The notes: generated from the sequence alone by a model not told the origin. Counted from the stretch's first letter, positions 30,310 to 39,944 are shown. The stretch is 64,000 bases of DNA from a virus (IMGVR_UViG_3300034059_000003:21940-85939); one strand, 5' to 3'. A program made the numbers and translations.

Positions 30310-32301
30310 TTAGTTCTTTATAAAAGTGTCGTCAAATATTACAAAATCGTTTCCATATTTTACGTAATTATTTACCAATGGTGGACTTGATGTAGTAAAT
30401 TCTACATCACTACCATAACCAGTCCCAGCACTATTTGTTGCATATGCACGAATATGATATATAGTTGATGCGGTAAGTCCCGATAAAGAACTTGTAAACG
30501 ATCCTTCTCCTGTACCATCGGAAGTATGTGTATCTGTCGTAGTAGGATTAATAGATGTACTCCAACATATTCCTTTAACAGTTACAGTACCATTACCATC
30601 AGATGTTACATTACCTCCGGAAGAGGCTGTAGTGGTAGTTATATTTGAAGTGGATGTTGTAGTAACAGTTGGAACAACAACTGTTATTGTACCATATTGA
30701 AAAGCACCTATACTTGGATTTGTACCATCAAATGATTCTCCGTTGAAGTCAAGAAGAATATCAAGATCCTGGCCTGCTGTTTTTATTGTTGACGAAGATG
30801 TTAAAGTATAATCTCCACCAGATAGATCAGTAAATAATGGATTAACAAAGTAACCATGCAATTCCCAACTTAATACACTCTGCAATGATGATAGAGTATT
30901 CATATAATACATTGCTGAACTTTCGTTTTCAACAACACGAAGAGAATTACTAACGCGATAGTAAGCATTATAATCTGCAGTCTGATAAGTTAAATCACGG
31001 CCATAGGCACGTACAAAGAGTTCACAACCATTATTGTCGTCAGTACTGGTTGTGTAAAAGACATTATTCTTTATTCTAATAGTATCGTTGTTTGCATCAA
31101 TCCAAACATGTGCCCAAGAAGTTGACTTATGATTTACAAAAGTATTATTATAGATATAAACACTTTGAGCTCCCTCCATATTTATTGAGGCAGATACAGG
31201 GGAAATAAAAACATTAGAATAGATATAGAGATTACAAATAGTTGATGAGAGATCAGAATAGTCATAGTTCTGAACAAAGATCTGATGCACGTCGTTCGTT
31301 GCATTATTATTTGTGTCATCAAAACTATTTCTCCGTATAATTGTATTATGAATCTTCATACCTGTACCATTGCCTACTGAAATATCAACACCGGTTGTAT
31401 GATAACAGTTATAAAACTCATTATCTTCTATAATAATGTTTGAAACAAGATATCCACCATATAAATGAAAGGAAAGAGCTCTTCTTCCAATATCATGCAT
31501 CTTACAATTTTTTACAAGCATTTCATTATATATTGCTTGTGTACCATAAGCATCTTCAGAGTTTTTAATACCTATATATCCTAACTCAAGATTCTGAATT
31601 TTTAAACCTGTCTTTTCTTGCCAACCACCATCTGCAGCATCAAACTGAATCCCGGCATAACCACAATAAAAAATATTAACGCCATTTATATCGATGTAAT
31701 TTTGGTAGTTAAGATCTATAATAAACGATTGTTGTGGTATTTCTATAGAAGTATATCTGGTATCTGGATCTGTCACAGCATATACATAAACTTTTCCACC
31801 TGTGTAATACCAATTATATTCTGCAGTTAAATATGCAATTCCTGTTTTATGTATTCCCCATGTTACTGCTCCTGAAGTGCTTTCAAAGAAGACCTCACAA
31901 CCGCCAGGCCCTGATCGTCCATACATATCAGTTGCATCAGGATCTGTAACAGTCGCATCACAAACCCATACATTAGTACTATATGATGACCATGTTGACT
32001 TTACAGAACCAAGGATCCTTGGATTATCACCGGTACCATATTTTCCTATGATAATATAATTTGCTGTAGTTCCACTTCCGGTAAGTGACAACATACCACG
32101 AAAAGTGTCACCACACTTGAAAAGGACCTGATCTCCGGCCACAAGAGTTGTAGCATTGACTTTTGTTATACTTGCCCATGCGAGTACCTCTGTCTGGCCT
32201 GAATCGTTGTCATTACCATCAGAAGAACTTACATAATATATTGTCGCATACAATGGAGATGCGATAAGAACCATCAATAATATAAGAATCTTTTTCATCA
32301 T
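30310..32301 (-). CDS. Right-handed beta-helix (pectate-lyase-like) protein with signal peptide and C-terminal FN3-like module (663 aa)
   Basis: MKKILILLMVLIASPLYA|TIYYVSSSDGNDNDSG, GDQVLFKCGDTFRG, repeated parallel beta-helix rungs (IIIEDNEFYNC, IIRRNSF, YIYSNVF, YIYNNTF, IKNNVF), and C-terminal ...YHIRAYATNSAGTGYG. Confidence 0.8.
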   Translation of the reverse strand: MMKKILILLMVLIASPLYATIYYVSSSDGNDNDSGQTEVLAWASITKVNATTLVAGDQVLFKCGDTFRGMLSLTGSGTTANYIIIGKYGTGDNPRILGSVKSTWSSYSTNVWVCDATVTDPDATDMYGRSGPGGCEVFFESTSGAVTWGIHKTGIAYLTAEYNWYYTGGKVYVYAVTDPDTRYTSIEIPQQSFIIDLNYQNYIDINGVNIFYCGYAGIQFDAADGGWQEKTGLKIQNLELGYIGIKNSEDAYGTQAIYNEMLVKNCKMHDIGRRALSFHLYGGYLVSNIIIEDNEFYNCYHTTGVDISVGNGTGMKIHNTIIRRNSFDDTNNNATNDVHQIFVQNYDYSDLSSTICNLYIYSNVFISPVSASINMEGAQSVYIYNNTFVNHKSTSWAHVWIDANNDTIRIKNNVFYTTSTDDNNGCELFVRAYGRDLTYQTADYNAYYRVSNSLRVVENESSAMYYMNTLSSLQSVLSWELHGYFVNPLFTDLSGGDYTLTSSSTIKTAGQDLDILLDFNGESFDGTNPSIGAFQYGTITVVVPTVTTTSTSNITTTTASSGGNVTSDGNGTVTVKGICWSTSINPTTTDTHTSDGTGEGSFTSSLSGLTASTIYHIRAYATNSAGTGYGSDVEFTTSSPPLVNNYVKYGNDFVIFDDTFIKN

Positions 32302-33785
32302 TCTATTCCTTTAGAGTTTGAATCCATGTATGTTTCTATAGCTGCATTGACATCATCTACTAAACCTGCCAATGAACCACCAAGATGAACAACAGATATC
32401 TGTGCATCACAAAAACGTTTTGGTACTGGTCCAGTTGGCGCATTAATGCAAAGAATATACGGTTTTGCATAACTATTAACAGCGGTTGAAGTATATGATG
32501 CTGTTTCAAGTAAAGTCCCGTTTCTATATAACACTAAATCAGATGAATTTGGCTTATCAACTGTCCAATAACCTCTTGATTCACCACTCCATTCATTTGC
32601 ATAATCTTCTCCACCAGTACTATTAAGACAGTATATAACACCATATGAACCAAATGAAGAAGAAAATTGATTGTATGCATTACCATCATTAGTACATCCG
32701 AACATCCATTTACCTTCTGTTGCTGTGTACCCAACACGAACATAAAGTCCATAAGATGCATTGTTTAGTGTATATTTAGTCAAATTACTAAGATACATTC
32801 CACCAGCTTCAAGATAACCATTACTCGTATCATCTCCACCTTCAGTTGCAGTACCTTTAAATCCTTCATATGCTGTAAATACCGGGGTATTATGAATGAT
32901 AGAATTATAAGTACCAGGATTCTTCCAATTGATTAAAGCCTCTGAACCACTATTTGAATGAGTGGCAAATACATAGAATATATCAAATGTTGTCCAGGCA
33001 CCACACGCTTTCAATGTTTTAACCAGTGTATTCTGATTGGATCCAACCGCTACAGACGGTTTATTGGTCATTGCATTATAAACAGCATAATATTCATCAG
33101 TATATATATCACCAGCTTCAAATAAATCACCGAGAGTTACTCCATTATTATAACCAGTTATACCTGCCTTTCCAGAAGTATATTCTGTTACTGTAGCTGA
33201 ACCACTTGTGCCAACACCAGTATCAACTGATCCATTTAGATATGCAGTTATGGTAGTACCATTAATTTCTAATCTTACAGTAGCACCTGCACTTATTGAT
33301 GCAGTACCTGCTGATCCAAGATTTGTCTTTACACCATTATCTATTCTAAATAAACGCTGTGTACCATTCATTACATAGTAACCATATCCACAAGTTGTAG
33401 CCCCAGTACCAGATAATCTAACACCAACTCCCATTGCATCACTTACATCACCAACATTTGATATTGTTATTTGTGCATATTGATTTGTACCGAAAGTGGC
33501 ATCATATTGAGCAACTGTAACTGAAGTAGAAGTATAAGACTGAACTAATCTCGCACCATTTCCACCATCATATACAGTAATGGAATTTAATAAAACATCC
33601 CAATTACCTTGTCCATTTAGAGATGCTACAGAATAGGTGTTGAAGTTATCCGTATATGCCGGACCATAATGTAATGTTTCTCCTGAAGGAACACGATATG
33701 AAGAGGCAACTACGCCAGGTATTACCTGTGATGTTACAGATAGCGATACTATAAGTAACGATAGAAGAAATGTTAACTTTTTCAT
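32298..33785 (-). CDS. Lectin-like (ConA/LamG-type) distal fibre/adhesin with signal peptide (495 aa)
   Basis: MKKLTFLLSLLIVSLSVTS|QVIPGVVASS, then two beta-sandwich-like regions (VRLEINGTTITAYLNG; LVLYRNGTLL). Confidence 0.6.
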   Translation of the reverse strand: MKKLTFLLSLLIVSLSVTSQVIPGVVASSYRVPSGETLHYGPAYTDNFNTYSVASLNGQGNWDVLLNSITVYDGGNGARLVQSYTSTSVTVAQYDATFGTNQYAQITISNVGDVSDAMGVGVRLSGTGATTCGYGYYVMNGTQRLFRIDNGVKTNLGSAGTASISAGATVRLEINGTTITAYLNGSVDTGVGTSGSATVTEYTSGKAGITGYNNGVTLGDLFEAGDIYTDEYYAVYNAMTNKPSVAVGSNQNTLVKTLKACGAWTTFDIFYVFATHSNSGSEALINWKNPGTYNSIIHNTPVFTAYEGFKGTATEGGDDTSNGYLEAGGMYLSNLTKYTLNNASYGLYVRVGYTATEGKWMFGCTNDGNAYNQFSSSFGSYGVIYCLNSTGGEDYANEWSGESRGYWTVDKPNSSDLVLYRNGTLLETASYTSTAVNSYAKPYILCINAPTGPVPKRFCDAQISVVHLGGSLAGLVDDVNAAIETYMDSNSKGIE

Positions 33786-35614
33786 GCTTCAATGTCTCCA
33801 ATTAAAATCCATGTATCTGTGTCTGTCTTAATTATAGTGCAACTGGACCATTGTACTCTAAGATCCTTATAACTTCCAGCACTATTAAGCGTACCTCCTG
33901 AAGTAATTGCTATTGTCGTTTCTCCTGCACCACCCTGTATAATTGTAATCTGTGTTCCTGTTGGAAAAGCAACTGAAGAATTAAGAGGAATAGTAAATGT
34001 ATTGGCAGATGCATTAGTCATCGTAACAATCTTATAAGCATCACCAATTACTGCTGTATACGTTGTTCCTGTCTGTGCATTAAGAGTAACACTCTTTGGT
34101 GCTTTTGCATCAAGTTGTGTTTGTACAGCACTTGTTACACCATCCATATATGCAAGTTCAGTAGCATCTACAGAACTTACTGATGTTCCCCATGCAGATC
34201 CTGTTGAAATAGGAATTCCGGCTCCAGGATATACCATACTACCACTACCATTTGCAACCCAAGATCTCGTTCCTCCAGTTGTTGAAGATAGAACATATCC
34301 AGTCGTTCCTGGATTACCAAGAGAACTTTCTTTTGCTGCAAGACCTGTTGTTAAATCATAATTTGATGCATAATGTCCCGAGCCAGGTACTGAGTCTGCA
34401 ATCATCACTGCTAAACTTGATAAAGAAATTGCACCACCAAGTCTTGCAGAAATACTATCATTAATCAATGTTGGGATAGTAGACATCGCATATGCTGTAG
34501 TTGCTATCTGTGTAGTATTTGTCTTTGCAGTAGCAGTTGGAGCAATTGGAACCCCTGTTAATGTTGAACTTGTAAGTATTGTCTCTTTTGATTCATTAGT
34601 AACGTTACCAAGACCAACATCAGATGAAACAAGAGAAAGGGCAGTTTTAAAATTTGCAACGGATAAGGTTGAAATAGTATTATCAGCATTAAACCTTGGA
34701 AATGTTATTGCTCCTGGATTTGTAAGAGTAAATATATTACTACCTATTGTTGTCGCTCCTAATGACGTTCTTCCTGTAGCAGCTGTCAATCCTGTTGCAC
34801 CACCGTCCCACTTAAGACGGTCTGTATAAGCAGTAACTGCATTAGTGCCGTTAGTATTTACCCAAGTATATGCAGTATTCCAATTCGTTGAGTTATCTGT
34901 TATTGACGTACCCCAAGCAGAAGAACCTCCATAAACAACAATTCCGGCTGTTGCCGGCCATGTCATTGATCCTCCACTACCATTTGCAACCCAAGATCGT
35001 ACTCCGGCTGCCGAAGAAGATAATACATAACCATCAGTTCCTGGATTACCTAATGCTGCTTCTGCAGATATAGCAGTTCTGAAGTTTGCTGCACTTAATG
35101 TCGAAACAGTATTATTAGCATTTATTTGAGGAAATGTAATGGCACCAGGATCTGATAGTGTAAAAAAATTGCTACCAACTGTTGTTGCACCAAGAGATGT
35201 TCTACCAGTTGCAGCAGTAAGTCCAGTAGAACCTCCATCCCATTTTAATCTATCTGTATAAGCTGTTACGGCATTAGCCCCATTTGAATTAACCCAAGTA
35301 TAAGCGGTATTCCAGTTTGTAGAGTTGTTTGTTATACTCGTTCCCCAAGATGTACCTGCAGAAACAGCAATGCCGGCAGTAGGATATACCATTGTTCCAC
35401 CACCGGAGTTATAAACATAGTCACGTACATCTTGTAATGATGCTACAGTGTCAGTTGTTCCAATAAGGAGTGTTGCTTTATTAAAGGCGACAGAATCCTT
35501 AAAGAATGATTTGTATCTTATAGGAACCCATCCATTTGATAATCTGAATCTCGTTTGACCGCATGAGATCAATGTAAAACAGATTAGAACCGAAATGATT
35601 AGACTTTTTTTCAT
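33782..35614 (-). CDS. Tail-fibre-like protein with signal peptide and internal repeats (610 aa)
   Basis: MKKSLIISVLICFTLISCG|QT. Thr/Ala/Gly-rich shaft with a duplicated ~90-aa block, KAPIASPTFTG-like segment (SSTLTGVPIAPTA), and C-terminal LRVQWSSCTIIKTDTDTWILIGD fibre-tip domain. Confidence 0.75.
   Translation of the reverse strand: MKKSLIISVLICFTLISCGQTRFRLSNGWVPIRYKSFFKDSVAFNKATLLIGTTDTVASLQDVRDYVYNSGGGTMVYPTAGIAVSAGTSWGTSITNNSTNWNTAYTWVNSNGANAVTAYTDRLKWDGGSTGLTAATGRTSLGATTVGSNFFTLSDPGAITFPQINANNTVSTLSAANFRTAISAEAALGNPGTDGYVLSSSAAGVRSWVANGSGGSMTWPATAGIVVYGGSSAWGTSITDNSTNWNTAYTWVNTNGTNAVTAYTDRLKWDGGATGLTAATGRTSLGATTIGSNIFTLTNPGAITFPRFNADNTISTLSVANFKTALSLVSSDVGLGNVTNESKETILTSSTLTGVPIAPTATAKTNTTQIATTAYAMSTIPTLINDSISARLGGAISLSSLAVMIADSVPGSGHYASNYDLTTGLAAKESSLGNPGTTGYVLSSTTGGTRSWVANGSGSMVYPGAGIPISTGSAWGTSVSSVDATELAYMDGVTSAVQTQLDAKAPKSVTLNAQTGTTYTAVIGDAYKIVTMTNASANTFTIPLNSSVAFPTGTQITIIQGGAGETTIAITSGGTLNSAGSYKDLRVQWSSCTIIKTDTDTWILIGDIEA
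34641..35347 (-). repeat. Two ~273-nt direct repeats within the fibre gene (~35075-35347 and ~34641-34916)
   Basis: Both encode WGTSITxNSTNWNTAYTWVNxNGxNAVTAYTDRLKWDGGxTGLTAATGRTSLGATTxGSNxFTLxxPGAITFPxxNAxNTxSTLSxANFxTA. Confidence 0.85.
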
Positions 35615-36186
35615 TAGTATATTATTTTAATTCGTACATCATCAATTGCATCAGAAGAATACACGGTAATTACATAAATACCACCGACAAGACTTATTAT
35701 TGGATCACCAAGATTCTTAGTAATCACAATACCATCAGAATCAATGAACTCAATATTATATGGTTCATATGTCAATGTTGTAGTAATTATGTTATTACCA
35801 ACAACAAGATCTTGTGTTATTGTATATTTTGCCATGTCGGAAACAGTGTTAGTTGTTGGAGTAGTAACAATAGGAGTTGTATTTGAACTCCTTTCATAGT
35901 TATATCTGTCCAGTTCGCGGTAAGCATCGTCAATTATACTTTGGATATCATTAACAGTAAGTACATTATAGTATTCTGTTACAGCAACATCACCTATTAC
36001 CTGATAACGATAAAGTATCTCAATATACTTTGAAATTAAGATGTTTCTTTTATTAAGGTTGGCAAGAAATAACTGACCTCCTGTATGATAAGCAAAAGAC
36101 TTTGACAGGTCTTCAGCAAGACGACTATGCAATAATTGAATTGTTGCTATATCACTATTCAATATATTCTGATCCAGAACTTGCAT
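35614..36186 (-). CDS. Tail hub/collar-like structural protein (190 aa)
   Basis: Helical N-terminal part and a short beta-rich C-terminal part. Assigned by position in the tail module. Confidence 0.45.
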   Translation of the reverse strand: MQVLDQNILNSDIATIQLLHSRLAEDLSKSFAYHTGGQLFLANLNKRNILISKYIEILYRYQVIGDVAVTEYYNVLTVNDIQSIIDDAYRELDRYNYERSSNTTPIVTTPTTNTVSDMAKYTITQDLVVGNNIITTTLTYEPYNIEFIDSDGIVITKNLGDPIISLVGGIYVITVYSSDAIDDVRIKIIY

Positions 36187-38536
36187 TTGCTTTTAAATTA
36201 TCAAATGTTAAACTATCAACAATATAGTTAATTCTATTATCTTGGGACATCCATTTAGAAATTAAATCCCTTTCTGCTATAGTGTTATGATGAGAGGAAG
36301 GTTTTATTTTTTCTTCAAGAAAATAATGACTTTTTTCACTTTGAAAAAATGTGAATCCAGAAATAATTATATTCTTAAATCCAAGAGCTCGGGCTATTCC
36401 AATAGCCATTATGCCTACAGTTGGAAATGCATTTATCTCTTCCGTAACTTCTCTGAATAACATAGCAAAAGCATCATTATTTCCATAAGTATAAACTACA
36501 TTGCCATTCTTTATTAATTTCTCAGCATTATTCAACCAATGTAGATGCATCATTTTTGCAGAAGTATATTTTTGGTACAAATTATCTGATATCGGAAGAA
36601 CACCAAGTATTGGATAATCAACCTTTCCAGAAGGGATAATCTCATGATAAAGACTCGAAATATTAAGATCTATTTTTGATCCGATTTCTTTATATTGTTC
36701 TCCTATCTTGAAATTATTACATCTCATAACAAAAGAATGATCAATTTTATCTGAGAGATCTGTTCTGAATGGACCATTCCCTATTACTGAACAGGTATCG
36801 AAATCTTTACACAGTTTCTCTATTTCAGTAAATAGAAAATTATATTTGTCTGATTTATAATCAGGAACCTCTTTCTTTAAAGAAACTTTATCCTTGAACC
36901 GTCTTGATGCTTGATGATGTGAAACTACTGGATTATCACACTGTAAAAATTGATTATCCCAAATATAAATATACTCTTTTGGTAAATCAGCAACAATTAT
37001 ATCAGTATATCCACTAATCACCAATTGGAAATTAGGTGCATCGGGATTATTGTTGGTTGAATTTAACTGAATCCACTTATTTAATATTTCTCTTGTTACA
37101 GTATTGTTTTTAAAATACATTGTCCCGGTCATCTTTTCATTCCACTCTTTTATATAATGGAATGAAATATCACAATTAAGAGAATAAAAGAATTCAGGAT
37201 CTCTTAAAACTTCAGCATCAGCATCAATCCATACAACATCTTTGTTGTATTTATCCATTACACTCTTTATAACTTGTGGTTTCATTTGAGTGTTTAATTC
37301 CCAGGATCCCTGATTCCTTAATCCAACAATTTCATAAGGCAAATTAAACTTATCAAGAGACTTCTTTAGTGTTTCAACTTCTTTTTCATATGGTGTGTCT
37401 GAAGTAAACATGCTGACATATATTATATCGTTCTTTCCAGACATAGAAAAATTCAACTTATCTTCAATGAATTTAAGATTTTGTTCATTCTGATTACGTA
37501 TGTCTTCTGGAATTCCATCACAGAACTTTACCATTAATGCATGTTCTTTTGCCTGTATAAAATTACCAATCCAATAATAACAGATAGCAAGTTCGAAATC
37601 AGCCTGGAATCTTTTATTTGTTAAATGAATAAACAGTTTATCCGTCTTTGGATATGACATTCTTAATACTTCTTCCTGTATAATTCGTGCAAGATGATAT
37701 TTCTTTTTCTCGCGATAAATCAATCCAAGCATAAACAAGGCCTCAAATCTTGTTGGCCGATATGAATAGGCTTCTGCTAATTGTATTGTTGCACTATCAT
37801 AATTCTTAAGATGATACTGAAGAACTCCTATCTGGAATAATGAATAGTAAACCTCTTCTTCCCAACCCATTCTACGAACTCTTTCTTCATAATATTTTAT
37901 AGCTTTTTCATATTCTTGCATATTGGCATATGTCTGAGCCAGATAGAAATAGTTCCGTGTTTCATTTGGATTATCGACAATTGCTTTCTCAAGTAGATCT
38001 CTATCACGAACAAGTTTTTCCTTTCTTGATCCACCATCGGCATGATGAATAATAGATAACTCATGTAATTCAGGACTTTCTCCACAATTAGTTGAATTGA
38101 TATATTCATGTGTTACTCCAGTATAGAACCAATGCTTATTGCCATTTACAAGGAGTATCTGAGCGAAATCAAGATCACCAAGATATCTTAAATGATACCA
38201 ATCATACTTCAATGTGTTTTTGTCAAATGAATCTAAGATGACATATTCAAAATCAGCATCAGCCAATAATAAATAACTCGACTTGTCATAAGCGAGTTCC
38301 ATCAATTCATTCCTATTATGTCCAAAATTAACCCAAGATCTTTCGTGTATTTCTCCTGGAATATCTCCCATTGTTTCTTTTATCACTGCGATTGTGTTAT
38401 CAGTAGATCCAGTGTCAACAATGCAGTAATAATCAATAATTGACTTACAACTATTGATTAATCTTGCAATTGTTTTTTCTTCTTGTTTAACAATTGCACA
38501 TAAACAGATAGTTTTGTTTGTTACTGTTGATTCCAT
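36155..38536 (-). CDS. Three-domain glycosyltransferase: GT2 + TPR + second GT-A + GT29 (sialyltransferase-like) (793 aa)
   Basis: ICLCAIVKQEE...IVDTGSTD...LLADAD (GT2); TPR repeats (YFYLAQTY, YYSLFQIG, EALFMLG); SWELNTQMKP...VWIDAD (GT-A DxD); CSVIGNG...VMRCNN, PTVGIMAI...GFTFF and HHNTIAE resembling sialylmotifs L, S and VS. Confidence 0.85.
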   Translation of the reverse strand: MESTVTNKTICLCAIVKQEEKTIARLINSCKSIIDYYCIVDTGSTDNTIAVIKETMGDIPGEIHERSWVNFGHNRNELMELAYDKSSYLLLADADFEYVILDSFDKNTLKYDWYHLRYLGDLDFAQILLVNGNKHWFYTGVTHEYINSTNCGESPELHELSIIHHADGGSRKEKLVRDRDLLEKAIVDNPNETRNYFYLAQTYANMQEYEKAIKYYEERVRRMGWEEEVYYSLFQIGVLQYHLKNYDSATIQLAEAYSYRPTRFEALFMLGLIYREKKKYHLARIIQEEVLRMSYPKTDKLFIHLTNKRFQADFELAICYYWIGNFIQAKEHALMVKFCDGIPEDIRNQNEQNLKFIEDKLNFSMSGKNDIIYVSMFTSDTPYEKEVETLKKSLDKFNLPYEIVGLRNQGSWELNTQMKPQVIKSVMDKYNKDVVWIDADAEVLRDPEFFYSLNCDISFHYIKEWNEKMTGTMYFKNNTVTREILNKWIQLNSTNNNPDAPNFQLVISGYTDIIVADLPKEYIYIWDNQFLQCDNPVVSHHQASRRFKDKVSLKKEVPDYKSDKYNFLFTEIEKLCKDFDTCSVIGNGPFRTDLSDKIDHSFVMRCNNFKIGEQYKEIGSKIDLNISSLYHEIIPSGKVDYPILGVLPISDNLYQKYTSAKMMHLHWLNNAEKLIKNGNVVYTYGNNDAFAMLFREVTEEINAFPTVGIMAIGIARALGFKNIIISGFTFFQSEKSHYFLEEKIKPSSHHNTIAERDLISKWMSQDNRINYIVDSLTFDNLKANASSGSEYIE

Positions 38537-38588
38537 TTTTCCTGTCTTAAATTTATACTTTGAATCTTCATATCAAAGTTATATCATT

Positions 38589-39941
38589 TTATGTATGAAA
38601 CACATTTGTCCAATCATTATCGTATGCACAAATAGCCTGAGTCGATAATCCTAACCAAGCAGTTCCATCTATTACTTCAGGAATTAAAACACCACTTCTT
38701 AAATGTTTGCATGCATAATTCTGAACCATCCATACTTGACCACCTATTAGAACCGTGTCATAAATATTACCATCATAATCAGAAACCTTTTCTCCTTCAG
38801 TATATCCAGTTAAATTGTCTCTTATTAACCTTATCGCACACCCTTGTTTTTTAATAATAGATCTTGCTAATATTGCTTCTCCGGTAGCAACAAATTTATT
38901 CGCATATGCATTTACTCCATATGATAAACTATCTTCTGTATTTGTCCACAGTTCTCCAACATTCTTTAATTGTTGAAAATTAGCAACTAATAAACCGTTT
39001 CTTATACCATTTCCTACTGCTGTAAATCCTGAACTATTTGTTGCACCCTCATCGTCACTAATCCAATGTATTATTCCAGTTTCTCTGCAGGCTTTATTTA
39101 CTTCTATCAAAGTACTCCAATTATTAAATAATGTTTGGTATTCGGATGTAGAAGGAATATGCCATCCTATTGGTGGTGTTAATGCATTATTCGCAGCGTA
39201 CCAATTATATAAAAGACCATAATTTATTACATTACTATAACCAGGTAAAAATACATAATCCCAATTATTGTCATAAGCACAACATCCTGGTGTAATTAAT
39301 TCAAACCATGAATTAGCATTTTGTACTTCTGGAATTGGAACTCCATTTGAAAAATGTGTTACAGCAAGATTTTGTTGAAGCCAAACCTGCGTACCAATCT
39401 TTACAGTAGTATAAATATTTCCATCATAATCTCTAACTACCATTCCGGGATACCATTGAGACGTATCTATTAATAGACATCTTATCGACATACCCCATTT
39501 TTTGTCATCGTTTGCAGGTGATCCTCCAACTACTGTATACGCATATTCATGTATAGAATCATATCTTATTTGTTGAACATAAGTTAGGTTATTATGAAAA
39601 TATCCAGAATTTTTTAATCCATCAAAATATGGAGATACATTATAAATACTATATCTCCAACCACCGCCAAATATTGTAAGTTTTGAACTGTTTGTTGCGC
39701 CAGTATTAGGATAATTCCAATGGATATATCCAACTTCTTTACATTTACCTCCTGCAATTGATATTCCACCAAGATAATTCCATAATGTAGTCCAATCGGC
39801 TAAAAGTGGAACTTTCCATCCTATAGGAGCAATTCCATTTGAACTATTGGCTGCATACCAATTATAAAGTAAACCATATGAAATATTAGATACTGGTCTT
39901 ATAGAATTAAGTAATGATCTGAAGATAGAAGAACTTCTCAT
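38589..39941 (-). CDS. FISUMP (Fib_succ_major, C-type-lectin-like) tandem protein, circularly permuted (450 aa)
   Basis: YGLLYNWYAA...GWxxP...ATNSS...G(M/C)xIR occurs twice, each time followed by DYDGNIYxTVxIGxQVW...CAYDNxW. Confidence 0.85.
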   Translation of the reverse strand: MRSSSIFRSLLNSIRPVSNISYGLLYNWYAANSSNGIAPIGWKVPLLADWTTLWNYLGGISIAGGKCKEVGYIHWNYPNTGATNSSKLTIFGGGWRYSIYNVSPYFDGLKNSGYFHNNLTYVQQIRYDSIHEYAYTVVGGSPANDDKKWGMSIRCLLIDTSQWYPGMVVRDYDGNIYTTVKIGTQVWLQQNLAVTHFSNGVPIPEVQNANSWFELITPGCCAYDNNWDYVFLPGYSNVINYGLLYNWYAANNALTPPIGWHIPSTSEYQTLFNNWSTLIEVNKACRETGIIHWISDDEGATNSSGFTAVGNGIRNGLLVANFQQLKNVGELWTNTEDSLSYGVNAYANKFVATGEAILARSIIKKQGCAIRLIRDNLTGYTEGEKVSDYDGNIYDTVLIGGQVWMVQNYACKHLRSGVLIPEVIDGTAWLGLSTQAICAYDNDWTNVFHT

Positions 39942-39944
39942 TTC

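Noticed and set aside
20801-39941. Complete DGR acting on the FISUMP domains
   Set aside because: There is no reverse transcriptase, accessory gene or non-coding template repeat in the window, and the FISUMP copies are too divergent to be VR/TR pairs.
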